DNA of 64,000 nt from the NCBI GenBank assembly GCA_020851855.1, contig JADZBY010000435.1:1095-65094 (forward strand), given 5' to 3'. The DNA comes from Anaerolineae bacterium. Lineage in GTDB: Bacteria; Chloroflexota; Anaerolineae; Aggregatilineales; UBA2796. Shown one piece after another: positions 7,705 through 16,910 of this stretch (position 1 is its first letter; the number at the start of each line of letters is the position of its first letter). The notes beneath the pieces are model-generated. The model did not search any database, was not told where the DNA came from, and was given only the letters and a program-made list of their open reading frames with translations. The translations under genes and the position numbers were made by a program.

Positions 7705-10620
7705 ATGACGGAAAGCCAGACCATCTCCGCAGTGAACAACCCCCAGCCGGATCGCAGCGCCGAGCGGCGCGCATTCTTGCGTGCGCTCTACGGGACCAGC
7801 CCGGACGACCTGTACCTTGAGCTGCGCTGCATCCACCCTGAAACCGGCGAGGTCCAGCGGCTGTGGGGGCGACTCGGCGACAAGCGCGGTCTGGCCTCGG
7901 CGCTGCGTCAGGCGGATCGCCTCAATCGGGAGGGCTTCGGTGTCTATTTCGCCCCGTGCCTGCGCCGATCAAAACAGGGCACCGCTGACTCTGCGGCGCT
8001 GGCAACGGCCCTGTGGATCGATATGGACAGCGACTCGGTCCAGCGCCCGCGTGACCTGGAACGGCTGCGCAGCTTCAATCCGCCGCCCTCGTTCATCGTC
8101 GACAGCGGCGGCGGATTGCACGGCTACTGGCTTCTGGACGCGCCGATACCGCTTGATGAGGACAAAAAGCGTGAGCACTTTGCCAGTTTGCTCAATGGCC
8201 TGTTCGCCGCACTCGGCGGAGATGCCCGGTATGTGAAATCCGCCGCTTCCGTGATGCGTCTGCCGGGCAGCGTGAACACCAAGCCCGGACGCGATCAAGC
8301 GCGCGTGCGCATCGTGGAGAGCCACCCCGACCGCCGTCACGCCGTCAGTGCCTTCGCGTGGCTGGAAAGTCCGCCGAGCGAACCCAGCAAAGGCCCAACT
8401 CGCACAAAATCCAGCGACTCGGAAGAACATCCCCTTCCGGCCCGCACCGAGCATTATCTCGAATCGGGCGCGCCCAACGGCAGCCGCAACGCGGAGTTGT
8501 TCGCCGCCGCATGCCAGCTTCGCGACGCCGGACTCAGCCTGACTCACGCCGAGCAGGAGTTGGTCGCGCGCTATCTGGCCGATGGAACCGGTCGCGAGAG
8601 TGCGACAGCCCGTGAGCGTGAAGCGCGGGCGACCATCGCCAGTGCTTTTCGTCAGCCGCCTCGTGCGCCTATCCCACATAGCGCGACCGCGCAGGAGCAG
8701 GTGGCGGCGCTCGTGGAGCACGCCCATGCGCGTCCCAACTCGGCACAAATCGTCGAGGCGGTGAAGGCCTGCGCGGCACTGAATCCGGTCGAGTGGGCCG
8801 AGGAGCGCCAGCGGCTGAAGGCGCTGTGCGGCGACGGACTGAAGGTCGGCGACCTGGACCGGCTGTACCGCGACGAGCGAAAGCGTCTGGCGCGGTCCGA
8901 GGCGCAGGCCTTCCGCGAGAAGGAGCACTATGTCGAGGTGGATGGCAAGCTCGTCTACCAGCGGCAGACGGCGCGCGGCGTGATGGAGAAGGTGGTGACC
9001 GACTGGACCGCGAAGGTGGTGGAGCGCGTCACTCGCATGGATGACGATGGGCAAGTCGAGCATGTGGCTGTCGTCGAGCTTCGCCGCGACCAAGTCCAGG
9101 CACACATTGACGTGCCGAGTGAGCTTTTCGGTGACGATGCGGCCCTACGCCGCTTCATCGCCGGGCGCGCCGGCGAAGCGTTCACCGTGCGGGCGGGCAT
9201 GGCGAAGCACCTGACGCCCGCGATACTCAGCCTGTCGGGCACGTATGCCTCCCGGGCCAGTTACCGCTTCATGGGCTGGACACAGATCGACGGTCACTGG
9301 GCCTATATCACGCCGAAGCTGTGCGTCACTGCCAAGAGCATCCTCAAGGAGGCGCACGAGGTCGAGCTGGAGTCGCGCCTGCGTGATTATCACCTCGCCG
9401 AGTCCGACTGGGAAGCCAGTCTGAAGGCGTTCGCGGCGATGGCAGCCGTTTTTCCGCCAGAGCTTGCCCCTACGCTCATCGCTTTTGCCTGTCTGCCGCT
9501 CTTCCAACGCTTCTTTCCCAGTGCCGCGCCCAAGCCCGCCCTGCATCTCGTCGGCACCACTGGCAGTGGCAAGAGCGAGATCGCCTCCCTGATGACCAGC
9601 CTGTACGGCGATTTCTCCCGTGACACGCCGCCCGCACAGTGGGGCGATACGGTGAACACCGTCGAGGCGCTCGGCTACGCGCTGGCCGATGCGCTCTACT
9701 GGGTGGACGACTTCAAGCACATCTATGCCGACGAACGGACGTTTACGCGCTTCCTGCAGAGCTATTCGCGTGGCATGGGGCGCGGTCGCCTCACGCGCGA
9801 GGCGAAAGTGCGGCAAGAGCGCCCGTGCCGAGGGCATCTACTGTCGACCGGCGAGACAACGCTGACCGGCGAGGCCTCGGTGCTTGCCCGCATGATTGCC
9901 CTCGAGGTGCCGCCCTGGGAACAGCGCGATCCAGTTGGCCTTGAGCTTGCCCGCGCAGTCAGACTGCGTGGTTACTTACCCGGATTCACCGCGCACCTTG
10001 CACAATGGGTAGCTGCACAGGCCGATCAGGGCATTTTGACGAAGGACATGATGCGGCGCTTCGAGGCTAGGGTGGACGACTACCGCAAGCGCCTCGCTGC
10101 CACTGGCCTGAAGGCAAACAATACGGGACGCATCGTCGGCAACTGGGCTGTGCTGGCGACCGTGTACCAGATGCTCGGCGACCTCCTGGCGTCCCGTGGA
10201 AAGGCCGATGTGCTTCCCGCCTGGTACGACCTAGCGACCGAGACTGCGCAATCGATGCAGGAAGAGCGCGCTGGCCACACCTTCCTGAACGTACTTGGCC
10301 AGCTCGTCGCCTCAGGCCAATGCCTCATAGAATCGTCGCTGCGCCCGCAATACGAGCCATCGCCCGGCAAGACCGTGGTTGGTTACCGTGACGACGGCTT
10401 TGTGTACCTTCTACCCGATGTTGCCCTCAAGGAAGTGAACTACATCCAGCCGCTGCGCTTTACGGGTCAGGCAGTCGGCGTGCAACTGCGCGAAGATGGG
10501 CTGCTTGTTCCAGGGACAACGAATCTAACCGTGCAACGCAGCGTGCGCGGCAGCGTGATTAGTCTCTGGCGATTGAGAGCAGAAGCACTAGTCGGTGAAG
10601 CAGAGGCATCTGAGGACTGA
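7705..10620 (+). CDS. plasmid/phage-type replicative primase-helicase (prim-pol-like N-terminus, PriCT-like segment, P-loop C-terminus)
   Basis: 971 aa. It contains GFGVYFAP...ALWIDMDSD...FIVDSGGGLHGYWLL (primase-polymerase-like), NGSRNAELFAAACQLRDAG (PriCT-like) and the Walker A motif LVGTTGSGKSEIASL. Confidence 0.8.
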   Translation: MTESQTISAVNNPQPDRSAERRAFLRALYGTSPDDLYLELRCIHPETGEVQRLWGRLGDKRGLASALRQADRLNREGFGVYFAPCLRRSKQGTADSAALATALWIDMDSDSVQRPRDLERLRSFNPPPSFIVDSGGGLHGYWLLDAPIPLDEDKKREHFASLLNGLFAALGGDARYVKSAASVMRLPGSVNTKPGRDQARVRIVESHPDRRHAVSAFAWLESPPSEPSKGPTRTKSSDSEEHPLPARTEHYLESGAPNGSRNAELFAAACQLRDAGLSLTHAEQELVARYLADGTGRESATAREREARATIASAFRQPPRAPIPHSATAQEQVAALVEHAHARPNSAQIVEAVKACAALNPVEWAEERQRLKALCGDGLKVGDLDRLYRDERKRLARSEAQAFREKEHYVEVDGKLVYQRQTARGVMEKVVTDWTAKVVERVTRMDDDGQVEHVAVVELRRDQVQAHIDVPSELFGDDAALRRFIAGRAGEAFTVRAGMAKHLTPAILSLSGTYASRASYRFMGWTQIDGHWAYITPKLCVTAKSILKEAHEVELESRLRDYHLAESDWEASLKAFAAMAAVFPPELAPTLIAFACLPLFQRFFPSAAPKPALHLVGTTGSGKSEIASLMTSLYGDFSRDTPPAQWGDTVNTVEALGYALADALYWVDDFKHIYADERTFTRFLQSYSRGMGRGRLTREAKVRQERPCRGHLLSTGETTLTGEASVLARMIALEVPPWEQRDPVGLELARAVRLRGYLPGFTAHLAQWVAAQADQGILTKDMMRRFEARVDDYRKRLAATGLKANNTGRIVGNWAVLATVYQMLGDLLASRGKADVLPAWYDLATETAQSMQEERAGHTFLNVLGQLVASGQCLIESSLRPQYEPSPGKTVVGYRDDGFVYLLPDVALKEVNYIQPLRFTGQAVGVQLREDGLLVPGTTNLTVQRSVRGSVISLWRLRAEALVGEAEASED

Positions 10621-10647
10621 CACCTTTAGCCGCATTTCGACTGAGGA

Positions 10648-10677
10648 AGAGCCTGTCTGAGCAGGCTCTTTTTGTTT
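10648..10677 (+). terminator. rho-independent terminator after the primase-helicase gene
   Basis: Stem AGAGCCTG (10648-10655) pairs with CAGGCTCT (10662-10669), with a 6-nt loop, followed by TTTTGTTT. Confidence 0.7.
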
Positions 10678-10693
10678 GCTGAAGACGACGTAT

Positions 10694-10890
10694 TTCACAA
10701 CCTTCACAGGGTTCACAGGCTGAAAACATCATCTTCTGTATAAACTGCGAAAAATCTTGTGGATGTCAAAATGCGATCAAAGTGCTCACGTCTGGGGTTG
10801 TGAAGGTTGTGAATGCTGTGAAGCGCGCGCTTTTGTGTGTCAAAGATGTCGAATGAGGGTTGTGAAGGTTGTGAAACCTGTGAAGGTGAA
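10694..10890. repeat. iteron-like 9-bp repeats (consensus GGTTGTGAA), three clusters of three
   Basis: TTCACA occurs at 10694, 10703 and 10712 (inverted orientation). TGTGAA occurs at 10799, 10808 and 10817, and again at 10861, 10870 and 10879, plus GGTGAA at 10885. The period inside each cluster is exactly 9 bp. Confidence 0.7.
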
Positions 10891-11245
10891 CAATCCAGCC
10901 GGACTGCGTTCGGTAAGCGCCGCATTCGTTAAAGCGTTGTATTTGCGCCGCGTTTTGCCGCGTGGTATGGTAGGCGTCGTCCGAGGCAAGACTCCTTTCA
11001 ATAGTGCTATTCTCCACATCCACCGCCACCAAACGTCATGCCCCAGAGTGTGTCGTAATGGCGGAGCACACTCGGAAACCACGTGCAAACGACTGAGATC
11101 AACGCTTTTGACGGCAACGATAAGGCCACACTATCGCCACTTCAGTCAGCACCGGCGGTTAGGACAGGCATTCTGTTGTCCATCAGAGAGTCCCAGACTG
11201 TGGCAGTTAGCCAGATGGGTGAGTTGGTGAACCCAGTGACGATCT

Positions 11246-12793
11246 ATGCCTTCTAGGTCGCGAACCTACAACTACGTTGCAGGCATTATCACTGGCTATG
11301 CTTCGTCAATAGCCACTATCGTAGTAGGTCTATGGCTCACTCCCTTTACGTTCCGTTATTTGGACCGTGAGGCCTACGGAATTGCCTCGCTCGGAAGTAG
11401 CGTGATTGTCTGGCTCAGTCTCTTCGATATAGGCATTACGGCTGGGTTGAACGTACACTTGGCGCAGAGCTCGTCGAACATGAATATGGATGAGATTAAC
11501 CGTCTCACGAGTTCCACTTTCTTTGCACAGCTTGTCATCGCACTTCTGGCGCTTATAGTTGGCATCGCGATTGCATTCGGTTTTCCAGCGTTCTTTGAAG
11601 TTAGTCCCAATTTGCAGCATGACTCTGTCGTGATGGTCTGTCTACTAGCCGTTGGGATGGCTATCAACCTCAGTACAAGGACATTCTCCGCACTGCTTGT
11701 TGCTATGCAGCAGATGCACGTTGACAACCTGTTGAGCCTAGCACTGATTTTCATCCGCACAATACTTACTGTAGCAATGCTAACCGCTGGATGGGGAATT
11801 CTGTCAATCACCCTCGCAAACCTCGTCGCCACAGTGATTACAAGTTCACTGGCGGTGCTTCGCGCGTTTCGCGCAGTACCTGGACTGAAGATTCTCGCGC
11901 GTCTTGTGTCCCTAGAAGACTTCAAGAAGGTAGCCCGGGTGGGAGTATGGTTCGCTCTAGGTGGGCTTGCTGGAATTGTGATCCTCAACGTAGATCAGAT
12001 TGTGATTGCCAAGATTGTTTCCTTAGAGGCCGTGACTACTTTCGCAATTACCGGTCGGTTGTACAACTTGTCCCAAGGGTTCCTCAATCGCATAACTGAG
12101 ACGGCGCGGCCTGCCTTGGGTCAGATGATGGGACAGGGTAACATGGACACGGCTGTTCGCACGTACCGGCAGCTGTTCGCGCTCTCAACGGGTCTTTCCG
12201 TTGCAGTTGCATTTGCGATATGGGCGGGCAACCGAGCCTTTGTTACAGCTTGGGTAGGCGAAGCCAACTACGGTGGAGGGACACTGGACCTAGCGTTTGC
12301 ACTGAATCTACTGGCAAACACGTGGATACTTCCCAATCGAGCGGCGCTGTCAGCAGGACTTGTTGTGCGTCAACAGACTTTGAGTCGTCTGCTGGAAGCA
12401 ACTATCAACTTAGGTCTCTCTATTCTCCTTACGATGAGATTCGGTATTGTTGGCGCAGCTATCTCCACAGCATTCGCTGCCTTTGTTACTTCGTTCTTCT
12501 ACCTTCCGCTTCTGACAGCGCGTATGTTTCAACGTTCCTTCAAGGAATTCCTACTTCGAGACTCTGTGCCTCCGTTGTTGGCAGCACTATGCATATTTCC
12601 CGTTGCCGCACTGGCTAGGATCGGCGCAACTGCCGTGGGGGGAGTTGTTGGCTCTGCAGCCGCAGCTTTATTGACGATTGTAGCTGGGATCGCAATCGTG
12701 TGGGGCTTGGTCCTTGGGAACGATCTCCGGAGACGGTTTCGTAGTGCTATTCTGCAGACAGTCAGATCCTCAAATGTCGGTCCTGGACGATGA
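11246..12793 (+). CDS. wzx: Wzx-type oligosaccharide flippase (MOP superfamily polysaccharide biosynthesis protein)
   Basis: A 515-aa polytopic membrane protein with the flippase-like N-terminus ...LWLTPFTFRYLDREAYGIASL. It is the first gene of the glycan cluster. Confidence 0.7.
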   Translation: MPSRSRTYNYVAGIITGYASSIATIVVGLWLTPFTFRYLDREAYGIASLGSSVIVWLSLFDIGITAGLNVHLAQSSSNMNMDEINRLTSSTFFAQLVIALLALIVGIAIAFGFPAFFEVSPNLQHDSVVMVCLLAVGMAINLSTRTFSALLVAMQQMHVDNLLSLALIFIRTILTVAMLTAGWGILSITLANLVATVITSSLAVLRAFRAVPGLKILARLVSLEDFKKVARVGVWFALGGLAGIVILNVDQIVIAKIVSLEAVTTFAITGRLYNLSQGFLNRITETARPALGQMMGQGNMDTAVRTYRQLFALSTGLSVAVAFAIWAGNRAFVTAWVGEANYGGGTLDLAFALNLLANTWILPNRAALSAGLVVRQQTLSRLLEATINLGLSILLTMRFGIVGAAISTAFAAFVTSFFYLPLLTARMFQRSFKEFLLRDSVPPLLAALCIFPVAALARIGATAVGGVVGSAAAALLTIVAGIAIVWGLVLGNDLRRRFRSAILQTVRSSNVGPGR

Positions 12794-12830
12794 CGTTCGC
12801 AGACCTGCATAATGCAACCCTGGGTGGTTC

Positions 12831-13844
12831 TTGAATATGCGCTCGACGGAAGGCAAGAGGCTTGGCAAGGGCACGTGGCTTGACGCACCTGTGCACCGCT
12901 CCTGCCCACTCTGTGGTGGCATGAAGCACCAACCACTATCCGGTACAATGCAGCATCGCTTGGACTTGGCGACGGTAATCTGCCAGGAATGTAGCTTGGT
13001 CTTCACGAACCCGATGCCAACCGAGGAAGTGTATAGCCGCTTTTACACCGATGCTTACTCACACTATTATGGGCACATCACCTCTTGGCCTACTCGAGCG
13101 ATGGAGCCTCAGCATGTGCGCCAGTGGCTGGATGCACTCGAAACGATACGTCCTTTGAATGACCTTCGTCTGCTGGAGGTAGGTCCCGGAAGAGGGCAAT
13201 TTCTCTACTGGGCAAGGCAGCGAGGTGCGCAGGTGGTTGGAATAGAACCCTCCAGGGATTTCGCGAATGCTCTGGCTAAGGAGGGGCTACCGTGCTTCAA
13301 TGACTCGCTCGAGCACATTGGTTCAGACAGACTTGGGAGATTTGATGTCATCGCCATGTTCCATGTCTTTGAGCATTTCTATGATCCCCAAATTGCGTTG
13401 GCGCGAATTCGGAGTTTGCTATCAGCACGTGGTCTATTGATAATCGAAGTTCCGAACATCCTAAAACCCTACCGTTCGCTCGATCACTATTTTCTGCGCT
13501 ACGTACACCCCACCAATTTTTCACGGCAAACGCTTTGCGGTATGCTTGCAAAATAGGGGTTTCGTATCCTGGAACTGAATGAGGGTGTAGAGGATTGGCG
13601 ACGACCTCAGAATTTGTTGGTGCTCGCCGCTAGAGACGCGGAACCGCAGAAAGAACTCAGAGAACTGGCTCAGTCTTCGGATGACGTGCTTGCGGTATTG
13701 ACACACTATAGAACAAGGTGGATGTTGCTGCAAAGACAGCAGTTTCACTTGTGGCTCTTGAAAACACGGGTGAGGCGGCGTCTGAATCGCTTTTTGCGTT
13801 CCCTCAAGCAGATGCTCAAAAGGAGCGTAGTCACTAATGGCTAG
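12831..13844 (+). pseudogene. class I SAM-dependent methyltransferase with N-terminal Cys4 ribbon, interrupted by an in-frame TAG
   Basis: ORFs 12831..13556 and 13614..13844 share one frame. The only interruption is TAG at 13554-13556. The translation reads ...LCGMLAK*GFRILELNEGVEDWRRPQNLLVLAARD, which is the normal C-terminal sheet of the methyltransferase fold. The SAM motif LLEVGPGRG is present. Confidence 0.7.
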
Positions 13845-14580
13845 CATCGCTATCATTCCCGCTCGCCTTGGTTCAACTCGACTCCCGCGCAAGGTCCTGG
13901 CTGACATTCACGGTCATCCCCTCATTTGGCACGTGTGGTCTCGGGCGAAGCAGGCACGGCGATTCAATGAGGTCTACGTCGCCACCGATGCCGACGAGGT
14001 GCGCACTGCCGTTGAGAGCTGGGGTGGCAAGGTGCTAATGACCAGCATGGAATGCCGCTCCGGCACGGAACGCCTCGCGGAATGCCTGGATAGGGTGAGC
14101 GCAGACCTGATTGTCAATGTCCAGGGAGATGAACCTCTGATCGACCACAAGATGCTCGATGCGCTTGTGACGAAGTGGGAAGCGCAACCGTCGGACCTGA
14201 TCACGCCTGTGTTTCGAATAACGTCTCAGGAAGAGCTCACCGCATCGACGGTGGTCAAAGTAGCTCGTGCGCGAAGTGGCGAAGCGCTCTATTTCTCACG
14301 AAGTACGATCCCATTCATGCGCGATTGGCCTCAATCGGAATGGCTAGGAAAGGCGGAATTCTGGGGACATATCGGCGTCTACGGATATCGACGGGATGTG
14401 CTAGCTGCCTATCCGAATCTGCCAGTCAGCCCGCTGGAAACGAGTGAACAGCTTGAGCAACTGCGCTTCCTTGATGCAGGATATCGGTTCCAAACACTGG
14501 AAACGGACTATCGATCGATAGCCGTGGATATCGATTCCGATCTCGACCGAGTACGCATCCTCATCAGCCCACAGGCATGA
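13837..14580 (+). CDS. kdsB: 3-deoxy-manno-octulosonate cytidylyltransferase (CMP-Kdo synthetase)
   Basis: Contains IAIIPARLGSTRLPRKVL, SGTERLAE, VNVQGDEPLI, ALYFSRSTIPF, HIGVYGYR and EQLEQLRFL. All of these match the E. coli KdsB motifs in order. Confidence 0.9.
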   Translation: MASIAIIPARLGSTRLPRKVLADIHGHPLIWHVWSRAKQARRFNEVYVATDADEVRTAVESWGGKVLMTSMECRSGTERLAECLDRVSADLIVNVQGDEPLIDHKMLDALVTKWEAQPSDLITPVFRITSQEELTASTVVKVARARSGEALYFSRSTIPFMRDWPQSEWLGKAEFWGHIGVYGYRRDVLAAYPNLPVSPLETSEQLEQLRFLDAGYRFQTLETDYRSIAVDIDSDLDRVRILISPQA

Positions 14581-15605
14581 TCCCGCAAATCGACCCGCAG
14601 GCAACACACCTGCAAATCGCCCGTACGGTTATGGAGTCGGAAGCAGATGCTGTGCGTGACGCGGCGGCTCGACTTGGCACCGAGCTAGGTAGAGCTGTCG
14701 AGGTAATCATCAATCACCCCGGCAAGGTGGTCATCACCGGCGTCGGCAAGTCTGGCCACATCGGGCACAAAATCGCAGCCACGCTATGTAGCACCGGTAC
14801 GCCAGCCGTCTTCCTGCACCCTACCGAAGCAACGCACGGCGATCTGGGCATATATACGCCAGGTGATCCCACCATCATTCTCTCCCGTAGTGGCAGTACG
14901 CAAGAATTGATGCGCCTGGTGCCTCTACTGCGGCAGTTCAACTCTCCATTAATCGGAATTCTGGGTAAGCGGGACTCGTGGTTGGCGCATAACATGGACG
15001 TGGTCCTCGATGCATGGGTCGCGCGGGAAGCTGATCCGCACAATCTTGCGCCGACGACAAGCGCGACAGTTGCACTCGTGCTCGGTGACGCTCTTGCCGT
15101 GGCACTGATGCAGGCGCGGAACTTCGCCCCTGCGGACTACGCGAGATTTCACCCAGGTGGCCAGCTTGGCCGCAACCTGCACCTGCAGGTAGGCGATGTA
15201 ATGCACTCTGGCAGCAGTGTGCCGTGGATCGCCACGGGTATGTCGTTAAAAGAAGTCGTGATCAGTATGACAGAACGACCACTGGGGGCGGCACCGGTAG
15301 TAGATGATCACTTTCATTTGCGTGGGCTTGTGACCGATGGGGACCTGCGACGCGCTTTGCTTGCCAACGACGATATTCGATCACTTCATGCTTCAGACGT
15401 GATGACCACCAATCCCGTAACGGTATCGGCCTCAGCATCTCTCAAGGAAGCATTGCAGTTAATGGAGGATCGTCCACGGCAGATTTCGGTACTTCCGGTC
15501 GTAAGTGAGGACCAGGTCTGCGTTGGCGTAATACGTGTTCACGATATTTACCTCTCAGGAGCAGCGCACATCAATGGCTCAGATGGTCTGCAGACTGACC
15601 GATGA
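14577..15605 (+). CDS. kdsD: arabinose-5-phosphate isomerase (SIS domain plus two CBS domains)
   Basis: Contains GKVVITGVGKSGHIGHKIAATLCSTGTPAVFLHPTEATHGDLG followed by a CBS pair. Its start overlaps the kdsB stop in an ATGA. Confidence 0.85.
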   Translation: MIPQIDPQATHLQIARTVMESEADAVRDAAARLGTELGRAVEVIINHPGKVVITGVGKSGHIGHKIAATLCSTGTPAVFLHPTEATHGDLGIYTPGDPTIILSRSGSTQELMRLVPLLRQFNSPLIGILGKRDSWLAHNMDVVLDAWVAREADPHNLAPTTSATVALVLGDALAVALMQARNFAPADYARFHPGGQLGRNLHLQVGDVMHSGSSVPWIATGMSLKEVVISMTERPLGAAPVVDDHFHLRGLVTDGDLRRALLANDDIRSLHASDVMTTNPVTVSASASLKEALQLMEDRPRQISVLPVVSEDQVCVGVIRVHDIYLSGAAHINGSDGLQTDR

Positions 15606-16416
15606 CATTGTGTTGGGTGGAGACAATCCGGTTCTGATCGCCGGACCATGCGTTGTTGAGTCGTATGAGACGACGCAATATATCGCCCGACGCCTGAAAG
15701 AAATCGCACAAGAAACAGGCTTGCCATTCGTCTTCAAGGCCTCCTTTGATAAGGCAAATAGAACATCCATTTCCTCGTTTCGGTCCCTCGGCTTTGAACT
15801 TTCGCTCGAAATTCTTCGTCGTGTGCGTGCCGAAGTCCAGGTGCCGGTCCTGACCGATGTACATGAAACGGCGCAAGTTGATACGGTCGCGGCTGCGGTC
15901 GATGTTCTACAAATCCCCGCGTTTCTCTGTCGGCAAACCGATCTGTTGGGAGCTACTGGACGGACTGGACTGCCTGTCAACATCAAACGCGGGCAGTTCA
16001 TGGCCCCCGAAGACATGCAGTACGCAGTGGAGAAGGTGACCTCAACCGGCAATACTCGTGTGTTCCTGACTGAACGCGGTTCATCCTTCGGTTATCATAA
16101 CCTTGTCGTCGATATGCGGGCACTCCCTACGATGCGTCAGTATGCCCCCGTCGTGTTTGACGTCACGCACAGTGTGCAGCAGCCAGGGGGCGCTGGCGGC
16201 GCTTCCGGTGGGCAACGGCAGTTTGGTCCGTACTTGGCGCGCGCAGCAGCAGCCGTTGGCGTGGATGGCTTCTTCATCGAAACGCACCCTAACCCTGCGC
16301 AAGCTTTGAGTGATGGACCGAACATGATCCCACTGGATGAGCTGCCGGATTTGCTCACATCCATCCTTGTGGTTTGGCGGACTGCTCGCCCGTTTTTCAA
16401 GCCCCTAGGTGCATGA
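15574..16416 (+). CDS. kdsA: 3-deoxy-8-phosphooctulonate synthase (Kdo-8-P synthase)
   Basis: Contains PFVFKASFDKANRTS, LTDVHE, LQIPAFLCRQTDLL, FGYHNLVVDMR, VFDVTHSVQ and FIETHPNP, collinear with E. coli KdsA. The start is ATG 15574 or 15583 within ORF 15535..16416. Confidence 0.9.
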   Translation: MAQMVCRLTDDIVLGGDNPVLIAGPCVVESYETTQYIARRLKEIAQETGLPFVFKASFDKANRTSISSFRSLGFELSLEILRRVRAEVQVPVLTDVHETAQVDTVAAAVDVLQIPAFLCRQTDLLGATGRTGLPVNIKRGQFMAPEDMQYAVEKVTSTGNTRVFLTERGSSFGYHNLVVDMRALPTMRQYAPVVFDVTHSVQQPGGAGGASGGQRQFGPYLARAAAAVGVDGFFIETHPNPAQALSDGPNMIPLDELPDLLTSILVVWRTARPFFKPLGA

Positions 16417-16910
16417 ATCTAGACAATGTGCAGAGGGCACGGAGTATTAGGTTACTGGCACTTGACTGTGACGGCGTGTTGACGGACGGTAGTACGTACA
16501 TTGTGGAAGATGGACGCGAGTTTCGCCGGTTCAATGTTCATGACGGTCTGGGACTCAAGTTAGCTATGGAAGACGGTATTCATGTTGCCATTATATCTGG
16601 TGCGGACGGCTCATCGGTACTTCATAGGGCGAGGCAGTTGGGTATCGAGCATGTCCTTACTGGGGTGAGCGACAAGTTGGTGGCACTGACCGAACTGTGC
16701 ACACAGCTAGGCATCAAGCTCGAACACGTTGCATATATGGGCGATGATCTCCCAGACCTGCCAGTGATGCAACGCGTGGGGCTCGCTTGCGCGCCAGCCA
16801 ATGCCGTTCGTGCTGTAAAAGATTGCGCTACGCTAATCACTGAGCATGAGGGAGGCCACGGCGCAGTGCGAGAAGTATGTGATATCCTGATCACATCGCG
16901 TAGCTCATGA
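16413..16910 (+). CDS. kdsC: Kdo-8-phosphate phosphatase (HAD superfamily, YrbI/KdsC type)
   Basis: Contains LLALDCDGVLTDG, FNVHDGLGLK, YMGDDLPDLPVM and GGHGAVREVCD. Its start overlaps the kdsA stop in an ATGA. Confidence 0.85.
   Translation: MNLDNVQRARSIRLLALDCDGVLTDGSTYIVEDGREFRRFNVHDGLGLKLAMEDGIHVAIISGADGSSVLHRARQLGIEHVLTGVSDKLVALTELCTQLGIKLEHVAYMGDDLPDLPVMQRVGLACAPANAVRAVKDCATLITEHEGGHGAVREVCDILITSRSS

Noticed and set aside
5662-9105. Long minus-strand ORFs (5662..6492 of 276 aa, 6413..7774 of 453 aa, 7969..9105 of 378 aa) opposite the HU, relaxase-like and primase-helicase genes
   Set aside because: Their translations are Arg/Ala/Gly/Pro-rich, low in complexity and free of motifs. They lie antisense to genes with clear domain signatures in very GC-rich DNA. 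These are classic shadow ORFs.
11154-11162. GGCGGTTAG upstream of wzx, resembling the ops/JUMPstart element GGCGGTAG of polysaccharide operons
   Set aside because: It has an extra T relative to the 8-nt ops core. Short motifs like this occur by chance, and no RfaH/LoaP-type antiterminator context is visible.
10757-11230. 157-aa plus-strand ORF with a Cys-rich N-terminus (WGCEGCECCEARAFVCQRC)
   Set aside because: The Cys codons are simply the TGTGAA iteron repeats read in frame. There is no ribosome-binding site or domain, and the region is better explained as a replication-origin-like repeat field.
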